This document shows, piece after piece, positions 50,530-60,147 of a stretch of 64,000 nt of DNA; position 1 is the first letter of the stretch, and each line of letters opens with the position of its first letter. The notes under the pieces are model-generated. The model made no database searches and was not told where the DNA came from. It saw nothing but the letters and a program-made list of their open reading frames with translations. The translations under genes and the position numbers were made by a program. The stretch is from an uncultured Clostridium sp. GTDB taxonomy: Bacteria; Bacillota; Clostridia; TANB77; CAG-508. The DNA is taken from assembly GCA_902406115.1 (NCBI GenBank), contig CABPCL010000002.1, positions 17,271-81,270 on the forward strand. The letters run 5' to 3'.

Positions 50530-51681
50530 TTAATAATTCTCCTTTTCTAAACTTGGAAATGTAAATTTCATACTGTTTTCTGATAAATACCCGTCCTCTT
50601 TATGATTTTTAAAAAAAGTATTAGAACCGCATAAAAAATATTTATATCTCAAACTCTCTGTTAATTCTCCATTATCTACTATAATAGGGTCATCCCATGT
50701 AACATCTATAGCATACCATTTATCATTTATTTTAACATAATTCCATGCATGAGATTCTGTGGTTCCTGTAGAATTTGTTGCATTTCCAGATACTAATACA
50801 GATTCTATTCCTAACCCATCTAATATGTATTTAAAGGTTCTTGCATATCCCTCACATACAACCTCTTGATTTTTAAAAGCACCATAAACATTATGAATAT
50901 TGTCTTTTTTATAAGTTGTATCATATTTTAAAGTATTAATAAGCCAATCATGTAGATACTTAACTTGATCATATTGTGAATATCCATTTAATTGTGCTAC
51001 TATTATGTTTCTTTTATTAGCTAATTGTTTTATTTCATCTTGTAAATTAGATATTTTCTTAACCTCATCACTTAAATATGTTTCATTATCACCATTTGAT
51101 ACATAAACTTTGTGTGTTGCCATTCTCCCTATTTTTGTTGTTTTAGTAGTTAAAATTAATTTTGAAACATCTATGTAAAAAATATCAACATAATCATATG
51201 TAAAAGCATTCCAAGCAGATTGAAATGCAACTCCTAATTTTTTTTCTCCATTTTCGCTATTTAAAAGATCATTAAATTGAGTATTAAAGTCTATTTTATA
51301 TGTACCTGATTGCATGTTTTCTATGTTATCTTCTAGACCTTTATATATTATCTTTGCATACTCATCTAATTGATTATAATAATACTTGTTTATTTTTACA
51401 GTTGTTTGCGTATTTTGTCCGTTACTTTCGTCAATAATAGGCGTTACTACTTCCATATTACCTTCTACATCTTCAGTTTTCTTATTATCACTACTAAAGC
51501 TGTTCTTTACTTCGTCCAAGCTTATAGGTAATTTTGAAACATCAATGTCTCCCATTATTCCAAATATATCATTAAATACAATTTCATAGGCTAAAAACAC
51601 TACTAATATTGAAACCAATATTAGTAGTATTATTTTTATAATTACATTTCCTCTATAATTTTCTAAACAACTTTTTTTCAT
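50530..51681 (-). CDS. membrane-anchored transglutaminase-like cysteine protease domain protein
   Basis: 383 aa with an N-terminal TM. The C-terminal CEGYARTF...SHAWNYV...D is a Cys-His-Asp transglutaminase-like core. Confidence 0.6.
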   Translation of the reverse strand: MKKSCLENYRGNVIIKIILLILVSILVVFLAYEIVFNDIFGIMGDIDVSKLPISLDEVKNSFSSDNKKTEDVEGNMEVVTPIIDESNGQNTQTTVKINKYYYNQLDEYAKIIYKGLEDNIENMQSGTYKIDFNTQFNDLLNSENGEKKLGVAFQSAWNAFTYDYVDIFYIDVSKLILTTKTTKIGRMATHKVYVSNGDNETYLSDEVKKISNLQDEIKQLANKRNIIVAQLNGYSQYDQVKYLHDWLINTLKYDTTYKKDNIHNVYGAFKNQEVVCEGYARTFKYILDGLGIESVLVSGNATNSTGTTESHAWNYVKINDKWYAIDVTWDDPIIVDNGELTESLRYKYFLCGSNTFFKNHKEDGYLSENSMKFTFPSLEKENY

Positions 51682-52902
51682 CTAATTAACCTCTTTTAAT
51701 TGTTTTATCATTATATCCGCAAAAACGCCATATCCAATTGTCGGATCATTTACAAGCACATGTGTTACTGCCCCTACAAATTGTCCGTTTTGAATTATTG
51801 GAGCTCCACTCATTCCTTGTATAATTCCTCCTGTTTTTTCAATTAGCCTCTTATCTGTTACTTTTATAACCATACTTTTATTATCTTCGTTGTTATTTAT
51901 AAACAACTTTTGTATTTCTATTTCATAACGTTCTATTTTTCCATCTTGTAATTCACATAGAATTTGTGCCTTGCCTGTTTTTATTTCGTTTCTTAACGCT
52001 ACTTCCATTTCTTCTGCACTATTTAATTCTAATCTACTTTTATTTAAAACATTACCATATACACCATATTTTGTATTTTTATATATATTTCCAAAGCTCA
52101 CTCCATTTTCTATTGTTCCTCTTATTTCTCCTGGAGCACCTTTTTCCCCTTTTACTATTGATAAAATATTTGTTGTTACCAACTCTCCATTTGCAATTTG
52201 AATTAAATCAGATGTATCAATATCTGTAATACCATGACCTAAGGCTGCAAACATTCCAGAACTAGGCTCATAAAATGTCATTGTTCCAACACCTGCTGCT
52301 GCATCTCTAACCCATAATCCCAATTTATACTGATCATCATCTGTTTTAGCTGGTTCTATACTTGTTGTAATAATATCTTCGTTTCTTTTATATTTTACAG
52401 CAATTTGCTTTCCATTACTTTTATTTACTGTCTCAATCAGTTCGTCTGTACTATCTACTTTTTCGTTGTTTATTTCTATTATTCTATCTCCCTCTTGTAT
52501 TCCAGTATTTTCATAAGGTTTTTTACCATTAATTTCAGACATACCCACTACTAAAACACCATCTGTATATAACTTCATTCCAATTGCTTTTCCTACAGGT
52601 ATAACCTTTATATTTGGAATAACATTTACTGTCATATCTTTTACTTTAAATTTACCAAATAAATTTAGTTTAACATCTAATTTACCAATATTACTTACTT
52701 TATTTTTATTAATATTACTAGAAGCTTGAAGTATTCCTTCTGAATCAGCATCTTCACCTAAAGTTATACCATATGCTGTTTTTAAATTTAGCATTTCCCC
52801 TTGAATTAAAATCAAGTTGTTTGGTAATAGTGTAATATTACATGTATAAATAAATATAACAACTAAAAAAAGTATTATTAATATTTTTTTATATAACTTC
52901 AT
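51682..52902 (-). CDS. spoIVB: SpoIVB peptidase (S55) with PDZ domain
   Basis: 406 aa with PDZ (GIQEGDRIIEINNEKV) and the S55 catalytic region GTMTFYEPSSGMFAALGHGITD. Confidence 0.8.
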   Translation of the reverse strand: MKLYKKILIILFLVVIFIYTCNITLLPNNLILIQGEMLNLKTAYGITLGEDADSEGILQASSNINKNKVSNIGKLDVKLNLFGKFKVKDMTVNVIPNIKVIPVGKAIGMKLYTDGVLVVGMSEINGKKPYENTGIQEGDRIIEINNEKVDSTDELIETVNKSNGKQIAVKYKRNEDIITTSIEPAKTDDDQYKLGLWVRDAAAGVGTMTFYEPSSGMFAALGHGITDIDTSDLIQIANGELVTTNILSIVKGEKGAPGEIRGTIENGVSFGNIYKNTKYGVYGNVLNKSRLELNSAEEMEVALRNEIKTGKAQILCELQDGKIERYEIEIQKLFINNNEDNKSMVIKVTDKRLIEKTGGIIQGMSGAPIIQNGQFVGAVTHVLVNDPTIGYGVFADIMIKQLKEVN

Positions 52903-52976
52903 GGTTATCCCTCATTTCTTTCTAATTAGGATAACCATTAGTCTTATTTTTTAATCATTTTTATATTTTTTTGTTT

Positions 52977-54638
52977 TTAAAAGTTACTTTTATATAAATC
53001 ATACCTTTCACGTGCAAGACCAGTTAAATATCTTTCGCGTAAAATATTCAACTTTTTCTTATTATTACCTGTATTATAACCTTCAACCTCTCCTTTTATT
53101 ATATCATCTATATTATAGTCCCCTGAAGCATTTACAATACAATTATAGCAACCAGTAGCTTCCTGTGGATAGAAGTATCTATAACTATCTTCAGACACTT
53201 TTAAGGTCTGCCTTGAAAAGCTTAAATTTGTATATACTCCAGTAATCTTGTTTGAATTATCTATTAATACTTTGCAACCTGGTTGATGATATTCATAATT
53301 TCCATCATCATTTTTAGTTACAACATATACAGACTGACTGTTAATTACTTCTTCATTTTTAGTGTTTGTAATAACTGAATAATCATTAAAATATTTTTGT
53401 CCAATTGGCATTCCCTGCATAAAAGAGATAATTGAAACATTATTTTCAATACTATACCAACTTACTTCATCTATTTTAGGCATTACAAACTCGTAATTGC
53501 TTCCGCTTTGTGAATTATAATTTGCAATGGCTGTAGTTAAGTTTGTTTCAATTGATTTTCTTATAACAGCTATTCTGTGTTCATTGAATACAGAGCTTGA
53601 AACCATTGGATCATTATCAGCTTGTGTTGTATCAAAAATGCACTTAGTGCCCGTATTGGCTGAGAAATCTTTTTTCAACGAGTCTTCCATATTCTCTTGT
53701 GTTATGTCTTTTAGTCCACTATCATTTATCAACCATGTACTAAAATCATATGCACTTTTATAATATTCATATGCACTAGTACTCTGGAATCCAACCTTAT
53801 TATCTTTTATATATTTTATAAAATTTTCTTTTTCACCCTGTAAATATGTTTTTTTACCATTGTTATACCAAAAAAAGTTAAATGTATTTCCATCTTGATA
53901 TACTTTTCTATTCTTGTACACTATATAGTTATAATTTACTGACGTTACATCACCATTATCATTTGCAATCAGTAAATGTTCTGTTAGTATTTCAGGTCCA
54001 ATTACAACTCCATCATATGTTAATGTCTTTTTTGCCTCATCTATATTTGTAACTTTACCAGGATCAATTAAATACCCAGATTTAGTTTGATATTTACCAT
54101 TAAATTTTCCATATACAGTAATTGCATTATCTAGTGTGTAGTTAACAATTATTTCTTCTCCATTAATATTATACTTACAAGAATAATATATATATGGATG
54201 CAATCCATCTTGATAGTTCTTTGCGTTGTCATCTATCTTAACTTTTGTATTATCACCATTAGGAGCAGTATAAACATTATTATATGAACTATATATATAA
54301 TATCCATCATATAAATTAAATACTATCGCTGGAACAAATACAGATAACTCAGACTTTGAAGATACATATTGTGTCATAGATGTTGTTAGCGAGTTATAAA
54401 ATGTGTTTATTGAAGCCTCTATATCTCTTATTTTAGAATCACTAATATTAGAATATTTATTATTTATAGAGTTTATTTGAAATGCTTTTAAAGCAGCACT
54501 AGTTGCACTATTAAGTGCTTCTTTATATTCTGTTTGTAATTTAATTGTATCAATTTGTGTTTGTATATACTCTGACATAGCAAATGAAATTGGAACAATT
54601 ATTATAATAAATATAATAGCTAAATGTTGTATTTTCAT
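52977..54638 (-). CDS. large N-anchored secreted protein of the Tad-like locus
   Basis: 553 aa with an N-terminal signal/anchor (MKIQHLAIIFIIIIVPISFA). It is Tyr/Asn-rich and beta-rich, and is the last gene of the co-oriented cluster. Confidence 0.4.
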   Translation of the reverse strand: MKIQHLAIIFIIIIVPISFAMSEYIQTQIDTIKLQTEYKEALNSATSAALKAFQINSINNKYSNISDSKIRDIEASINTFYNSLTTSMTQYVSSKSELSVFVPAIVFNLYDGYYIYSSYNNVYTAPNGDNTKVKIDDNAKNYQDGLHPYIYYSCKYNINGEEIIVNYTLDNAITVYGKFNGKYQTKSGYLIDPGKVTNIDEAKKTLTYDGVVIGPEILTEHLLIANDNGDVTSVNYNYIVYKNRKVYQDGNTFNFFWYNNGKKTYLQGEKENFIKYIKDNKVGFQSTSAYEYYKSAYDFSTWLINDSGLKDITQENMEDSLKKDFSANTGTKCIFDTTQADNDPMVSSSVFNEHRIAVIRKSIETNLTTAIANYNSQSGSNYEFVMPKIDEVSWYSIENNVSIISFMQGMPIGQKYFNDYSVITNTKNEEVINSQSVYVVTKNDDGNYEYHQPGCKVLIDNSNKITGVYTNLSFSRQTLKVSEDSYRYFYPQEATGCYNCIVNASGDYNIDDIIKGEVEGYNTGNNKKKLNILRERYLTGLARERYDLYKSNF

Positions 54639-54740
54639 TTTTAAACCTTTCTTTAGTTATTTTAAATATATTTTTAATAATATTAATTTTAACAAAAGAG
54701 GATGAAGAAACCTCCACCCCCTGCATATTTCTATTATTTA

Positions 54741-55271
54741 TTAATTATTTGTACTACCATTTACAGCAACAACTCCTGCTTGTTGTGCAGAAATTTGATA
54801 TGATTCATTTCCTGAAACCATATAGAAAAAGTTTCTAAGCATTTGAGATATTGTTTTATTTGTATTCTTTACAGTAACAGAAACTATATCTCCTTCTTTT
54901 AATGTAATTCTTCCTTTAGAATTTAATTCTTCTTCTACTTGAGATGTATATTTATTATAATATAAATTTTCACCTATTTTTGTTGTTTCAGCTTGTGTTG
55001 TTTTTACGCCTGGGTTTTCATCTAGTTGTTGTATTAACATTTCTACTTCAAATGAATTACCTGTTGCAGTAAGTGTACTAATAAATTTATCATAATCATC
55101 TAGTGTCATCTTGCCTGTTGTTTTAATCTTATCAACATATTCTGTCGTAGCTGTTTGTACTGCTAATTGTGATATATCATCTGATCTTTCAGATAAAGAC
55201 ATTAGTGGAAATACGAACATTAATATTGCAGCTAAAAATATTGCTATTATTGTAATTAAACTATCTCCCAT
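54741..55271 (-). CDS. N-anchored small protein (pilin-like accessory)
   Basis: 176 aa with an N-terminal hydrophobic helix MGDSLITIIAIFLAAILMFVFPLMS. Confidence 0.4.
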   Translation of the reverse strand: MGDSLITIIAIFLAAILMFVFPLMSLSERSDDISQLAVQTATTEYVDKIKTTGKMTLDDYDKFISTLTATGNSFEVEMLIQQLDENPGVKTTQAETTKIGENLYYNKYTSQVEEELNSKGRITLKEGDIVSVTVKNTNKTISQMLRNFFYMVSGNESYQISAQQAGVVAVNGSTNN

Positions 55272-55289
55272 ATTTTAATCCTCCTATTT

Positions 55290-55931
55290 TTATTGAAGTG
55301 TATATATAATTACTCTTTTTTTCTTAGTCTTTATAGTACTATTACTATTATCTCCATCATTAGTTGCATTATAATTGTATTCTCCAAGGTCTTCTTTGAA
55401 TTTACTATTTTTATAGGTTTGCATGAAACCCTTACCATAATTATATTCTACTCCATTTGAGTACTTAATTGTTCCACCTGATAAGAACGTGTCTATATTT
55501 TGCTTATATAGATCCGCATTAGCTGTCCAAGGTTCATGTCTGCTTGTCTCTTCATTTACATCAAATGAGCAAATTTTTTCTTTATTATTATCTCCATTGT
55601 AATATTTATTTTTATTTTCACTCCATGTATCTGAATCAGTTTTTGTTTTATATAATTCTAGAAATTTTCCATCTGAATTTCTAAATATTACAGTATAGTT
55701 TTCTTTATAATATTTATATAATGTAGGTACAATTGATTCTAATCCTACTATTCTGTTTTCACTTCCTTCAGATACTTGTTCATAACTCATATATTGTGTT
55801 ACATCAGAACTATGTAACACAATATCGGCAGTTTCTCTAGCTTGTGAAAACATATAAATAGCAAGAGATAATGCCATGACAAAAACCATAACAGCAAAAG
55901 CCATTTTTAAAGCATCAACAGCATTCTCCAT
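55290..55931 (-). CDS. N-anchored pilin-like protein (divergent paralog)
   Basis: 213 aa starting MENAVDALKMAFAVMVFVMALSLAIYMF, related to the MENASKALI family. Confidence 0.45.
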   Translation of the reverse strand: MENAVDALKMAFAVMVFVMALSLAIYMFSQARETADIVLHSSDVTQYMSYEQVSEGSENRIVGLESIVPTLYKYYKENYTVIFRNSDGKFLELYKTKTDSDTWSENKNKYYNGDNNKEKICSFDVNEETSRHEPWTANADLYKQNIDTFLSGGTIKYSNGVEYNYGKGFMQTYKNSKFKEDLGEYNYNATNDGDNSNSTIKTKKKRVIIYTLQ

Positions 55932-55967
55932 ACTATACTTACCTCATTTCTAAAGCTTTATTATTGA

Positions 55968-56393
55968 TTAATTTATATTTATTCTTTTTATTAAACCTGT
56001 TGAAGAATAATCGAAAGTAACATTATATTGTGTTCCTGCGTTAGTATTACCAAGATAATTTGATATATTTTTTTGATCAGTACCATTTTGTGTGTCAGCA
56101 ACATTACCCGAGTTACTTCCTCCTTTATTCACAACAATTTGCTTAGAAGTATCATCCTTATTTACTATATTATGAGTTCTTACTGTTTGTAATAAAGCTT
56201 TTACATTAGATCCGCTTTGAGTTCCTTCATATTTGATAAATTCTGAATTATACGCTGTGATTTCTTGTTGTGACATATTAGCACTTTGTATTGTTTGTTG
56301 TGCTGTTGTATAAATATACATTCCTATTCCTATAATTGCTATTGAAAGTAATATTGCTCCTGCAATAATTAATGCTTTTGACGCATTTTCCAT
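55968..56393 (-). CDS. N-anchored pilin-like protein (MENASKALI family)
   Basis: 141 aa starting MENASKALIIAGAILLSIAIIGIGMYIY, with a nearly identical N-terminus to the genes at 56981 and 57488. Confidence 0.45.
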   Translation of the reverse strand: MENASKALIIAGAILLSIAIIGIGMYIYTTAQQTIQSANMSQQEITAYNSEFIKYEGTQSGSNVKALLQTVRTHNIVNKDDTSKQIVVNKGGSNSGNVADTQNGTDQKNISNYLGNTNAGTQYNVTFDYSSTGLIKRININ

Positions 56394-56461
56394 AAAAAAT
56401 TCCTCCTTAATTTTTACTTTTGTTTTTTATTAATTTTATATTATCTTTTAATAATAAAATC

Positions 56462-56908
56462 TTAGTTATCTTCTGATATTTCCTCAAAGGTTAGACTTTT
56501 TACATTTTTAGTTTTTGTGTGATACTCTATGTTGGTACACTTAAAATTTGCGGTACTATATACTTGCACAAATTCTTCTATTCCACCTTTTTCTATATCT
56601 TCCATTTTTATTGTTTTTGTTTCTTTTTTATAAACAAAATTTACATATATCTGTATTGAATTATTTTCATTATCAATATAATAATCACTTGAATCTTTTT
56701 CTATATTGTTCTTGTGATTAATATCTATTGTTTTATTTATAATGCTAATTAATTCATTTCCAAGCATTTGTTTATTATAATAAGAATTGTATTCATCATT
56801 TATTTTTTGTGATGATTTAATGCTATTTCTGTAACTATAAACTGCATATATTGAAATTAATGTAATTACAAATAAAATTAGCATTATTACAAAAAACTTT
56901 CTTTTCAT
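56462..56908 (-). CDS. N-anchored small protein sharing C-terminal motif with the pilin-like paralogs
   Basis: 148 aa starting MKRKFFVIMLILFVITLISIYAV, with C-terminus ...KCTNIEYHTKTKNVKSLTFEE. Confidence 0.4.
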   Translation of the reverse strand: MKRKFFVIMLILFVITLISIYAVYSYRNSIKSSQKINDEYNSYYNKQMLGNELISIINKTIDINHKNNIEKDSSDYYIDNENNSIQIYVNFVYKKETKTIKMEDIEKGGIEEFVQVYSTANFKCTNIEYHTKTKNVKSLTFEEISEDN

Positions 56909-56980
56909 CTTCTATCTCTTTCATTATAATATTTTTTACATCTTTATGCAAGTATTTTCTTTTATTTGGGTTTAATTTCC

Positions 56981-57472
56981 TTAAATTTCTACAAATTCCA
57001 TATAACTCACTCTATTAGTATTTGTATTTATGTAACAAACTGTGCATCTATAATATTTAGAGTTTTTTCCATCTGACATTAAAGAATTTTCTTTTATTAA
57101 ATTTACTAAGTCCTCGTTACTTTTTTTTTCTAAATTTCTATTATTTTTTATATCAATTCGAATATACCTCGTCTTATTATCTTCCTTTTCTAACCCATAA
57201 TTTTTATTATTTTCTTTAGCAAGATTTGCAAGGCTAACAATATCGTGAATTGTACATTTGATAGGTTCTACTTTTCCCTCATCATTTGTTCTACTGCCAT
57301 AAAATTTTAGAAATTGATTATTAAACTGTGCTATTTGAGTATCTTCCATTCTTTTTGTATTATCAGCACTGTATTGTCCAAAAACATTAAACAGATATAC
57401 TCCTATAGATATTATCATAACTCCAATTAAAACTTCTGCTGCCATAATTAGTGCTTTTGATGCATTTTCCAT
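56981..57472 (-). CDS. N-anchored pilin-like protein (MENASKALI family)
   Basis: 163 aa starting MENASKALIMAAEVLIGVMIISIGVYLF, with C-terminus ...YYRCTVCYINTNTNRVSYMEFVEI. Confidence 0.45.
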   Translation of the reverse strand: MENASKALIMAAEVLIGVMIISIGVYLFNVFGQYSADNTKRMEDTQIAQFNNQFLKFYGSRTNDEGKVEPIKCTIHDIVSLANLAKENNKNYGLEKEDNKTRYIRIDIKNNRNLEKKSNEDLVNLIKENSLMSDGKNSKYYRCTVCYINTNTNRVSYMEFVEI

Positions 57473-57487
57473 AAGTAGTCCCTCCTA

Positions 57488-58006
57488 TCACTGTTCTACA
57501 AATTTCATGTATGTAACTCTACCGTTGTTTTGATCATATTTTATTTGTGTACATTTAAATAATTTACTTTTGAATTCTGTATATGATGATTTTAAATTAT
57601 TACATTCATCTGTTCCTTGTTCTGAATTTGAAATAGCTATCTCTATGCTTTTTCGATCTGCTCCTATTTCATTTATTGACTTTATCTTATTTGAAAAATA
57701 CGTTGTTTTTGCAATTCCTTTGGTAGTAACATCTATATTTACTTCTGTATATCCTTTTTCACTTGCTTGTGTTTTGTTATAGTCTTCTTGTAAATTTGCA
57801 AGTGATAATAATTCACTGCCATAAATTACCCTGTTATAGTCTTCAAATTTCTTTGAATATTCTCCAAATTTGCCCTCTTCATCTACATCTGTTTTTGTTT
57901 GTTGAACATCTGCAAATTGATTATACATAAATACTAATGCTCCAATTATTAAAAGAGAAATTAATAAAGATCCAGCCATAATTAATGCTTTTGATGCATT
58001 TTCCAT
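57488..58006 (-). CDS. N-anchored pilin-like protein (MENASKALI family)
   Basis: 172 aa starting MENASKALIMAGSLLISLLIIGALVFMY, with C-terminus ...KCTQIKYDQNNGRVTYMKFVEQ. Confidence 0.45.
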   Translation of the reverse strand: MENASKALIMAGSLLISLLIIGALVFMYNQFADVQQTKTDVDEEGKFGEYSKKFEDYNRVIYGSELLSLANLQEDYNKTQASEKGYTEVNIDVTTKGIAKTTYFSNKIKSINEIGADRKSIEIAISNSEQGTDECNNLKSSYTEFKSKLFKCTQIKYDQNNGRVTYMKFVEQ

Positions 58007-58033
58007 ATTAATATTTCCTTTCTAACCTTTATA

Positions 58034-60115
58034 TTATTTCATTGCATTAAATGACGTTGTCATACTTGTTAATCCTATAAATACCAATGGTACTATTAAG
58101 AATCCAACAAAAAGCACTACCATAGGTGCAAAACCTATTCCTCTTCCTATCATTCCTTTTTTAGAAATTAATCTTTCGTTAGATTCTTTTCTACGCGCTT
58201 GATAGTAATCTCTTTCAGTATCTAGTTCATCAAATGCATCTACAATAGGTATCTTTTCAACTGCTGCTTGTAGACTTTCAACTATTTGTATAAATTGCTG
58301 ATATGAAACATCTTCTTTTAATTGTTCTAATGCTTCCCAAGGTCCACTTTCATAGTTGTTTACGCATTTGCTAATTGGTTCTTTAAAAATATTTGCATAT
58401 CTTTCAAGCCATTCTAGTATAATTTCAACATTTACTCTCTCAATTTTCATAAGCATTAATATGATAGTATGGAATTGCATTACCTCGTCTTCCATCTCTA
58501 GCTGTCTCATCTTTGCTTGGAATATTAACATCCATATTGGTACGTTGTATGCTATAACTGCAAATACCATTGCTATTAATATTTCAAACCATTTCATTTT
58601 TTCACTATTAACAGTTGTAATTTTCTTCATTACTCTTTCAGCTGCAGTAGTAATTTCAGCATCTTTACTATCTATGTAATCTTTGTTTACTGTTCCATTT
58701 CTCATTGCTTTTTCAATATCTGCTTGAGTTAGTTTTGCACTGTCTTTAAATTTTCTAATATATTGATTATCAGACTCTGTTAACTCCATTGCCTTTTTAG
58801 TATCTTTTTCAGACATTTGACCTATAATGTTATAGTCTGTAGTTGGATCAGTATAAACATTATTAACCGTAATTTTATGCAAGTATCCAATTACAAAAAC
58901 AGATACTATAAATGTTGCAACACACAATGCTAATCTATTTATATAAACCCATTCAATTTTATCTTTAGATGCCGCATTTTTTAAGTTGATTTTTACTTTT
59001 CTGTATTCTTTTGTTCCTTTTTTAGGAATAAACAAGTCTACAAGTTTTTTTACAAATTTTATTTTATATAATTTCGCTTGCCATGGATTTTCAGTATTTT
59101 TTGTATTTATATTAGTAGATCCATTATCTTTAAGTTTTCTTATTAATATGTAACATACAAATGTTAATAATAGTATTAAAATTTGTACGATCATACCTGA
59201 TCTTCCGTTATAAAATGATTGTGTAAAAGAGAATTGTGATATTGCCCAATTTTTGATTGGTTCTATTGCTAATATTGGTACAATTGAAATTAATGATAAA
59301 CTTTGGAAAACATAGTCCAATTTATCTCTTTTTAAGATTTCCAATTGCATTTCTTGTGTAATATTGTTTAAGTTCTTTAAGTATAATGAGCCTCCACCAT
59401 CTAGTGTTCTATCTCCAAACTCTTTTGTTAAATACGATATTCCAGCAAATTCTTTTAGGTAACTATTTGGTGCAATATCATAGTATTTTTCAAGTTCTGA
59501 TTCTGGATCATTAGATATCAAAACTTCATATATTTTTTCTGCTTGTCTTGACATTTCTGTTGTGTCATCATCTTGTGCTACTTGATAAATTGCTTCTTCA
59601 ACCATGTTAAATTCATGGTATGCATGTCTTATTTCTGCAAAGAAGTTTATTTGTTGTTTTAAAAGTTTATTATCAATCTTATCAACCATTCCACCAATAA
59701 ATGTATCTATCATAAACACTTCAAATATTAGTAAGAATGATAAAATTAATGGACTATCTTTAGTTAGTAATATAATTATTAATGATAATGGTAATATTAT
59801 TAAGATTGTATTTGTTAATATTTTTGATGCTTGTTTTCTTGTTAAATATTCATCATCTATATTTATAATTTCAAGTCTTCTTCTTATTTTTAATAAATAT
59901 CTTTTTAAGAAAGGTATTTTTTGATATATCACATATAATTTTTGATATAATATTTCACTTGAAAACTTCTTTTCCTCTGTTCCTTCTCTTAGCTTTTGTA
60001 TCTCTCTTACTCCAGAAGTATTCATCTTTTTTCTTAACATAAAATATGCAATTACAATAATCGCAAATAATATACCTATGCCCATTAAAAAGTATAATAT
60101 AATATCACTTGACAT
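58034..60115 (-). CDS. TadB/TadC-like (GspF/T2SSF-family) polytopic membrane platform protein, fused and long form
   Basis: 693 aa with ≥8 TM helices separated by cytoplasmic helical domains. It lies directly downstream of a CpaF-like ATPase. Confidence 0.5.
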   Translation of the reverse strand: MSSDIILYFLMGIGILFAIIVIAYFMLRKKMNTSGVREIQKLREGTEEKKFSSEILYQKLYVIYQKIPFLKRYLLKIRRRLEIINIDDEYLTRKQASKILTNTILIILPLSLIIILLTKDSPLILSFLLIFEVFMIDTFIGGMVDKIDNKLLKQQINFFAEIRHAYHEFNMVEEAIYQVAQDDDTTEMSRQAEKIYEVLISNDPESELEKYYDIAPNSYLKEFAGISYLTKEFGDRTLDGGGSLYLKNLNNITQEMQLEILKRDKLDYVFQSLSLISIVPILAIEPIKNWAISQFSFTQSFYNGRSGMIVQILILLLTFVCYILIRKLKDNGSTNINTKNTENPWQAKLYKIKFVKKLVDLFIPKKGTKEYRKVKINLKNAASKDKIEWVYINRLALCVATFIVSVFVIGYLHKITVNNVYTDPTTDYNIIGQMSEKDTKKAMELTESDNQYIRKFKDSAKLTQADIEKAMRNGTVNKDYIDSKDAEITTAAERVMKKITTVNSEKMKWFEILIAMVFAVIAYNVPIWMLIFQAKMRQLEMEDEVMQFHTIILMLMKIERVNVEIILEWLERYANIFKEPISKCVNNYESGPWEALEQLKEDVSYQQFIQIVESLQAAVEKIPIVDAFDELDTERDYYQARRKESNERLISKKGMIGRGIGFAPMVVLFVGFLIVPLVFIGLTSMTTSFNAMK

Positions 60116-60147
60116 AGTTTAGACTCACACCTCCTTGATTGATATTT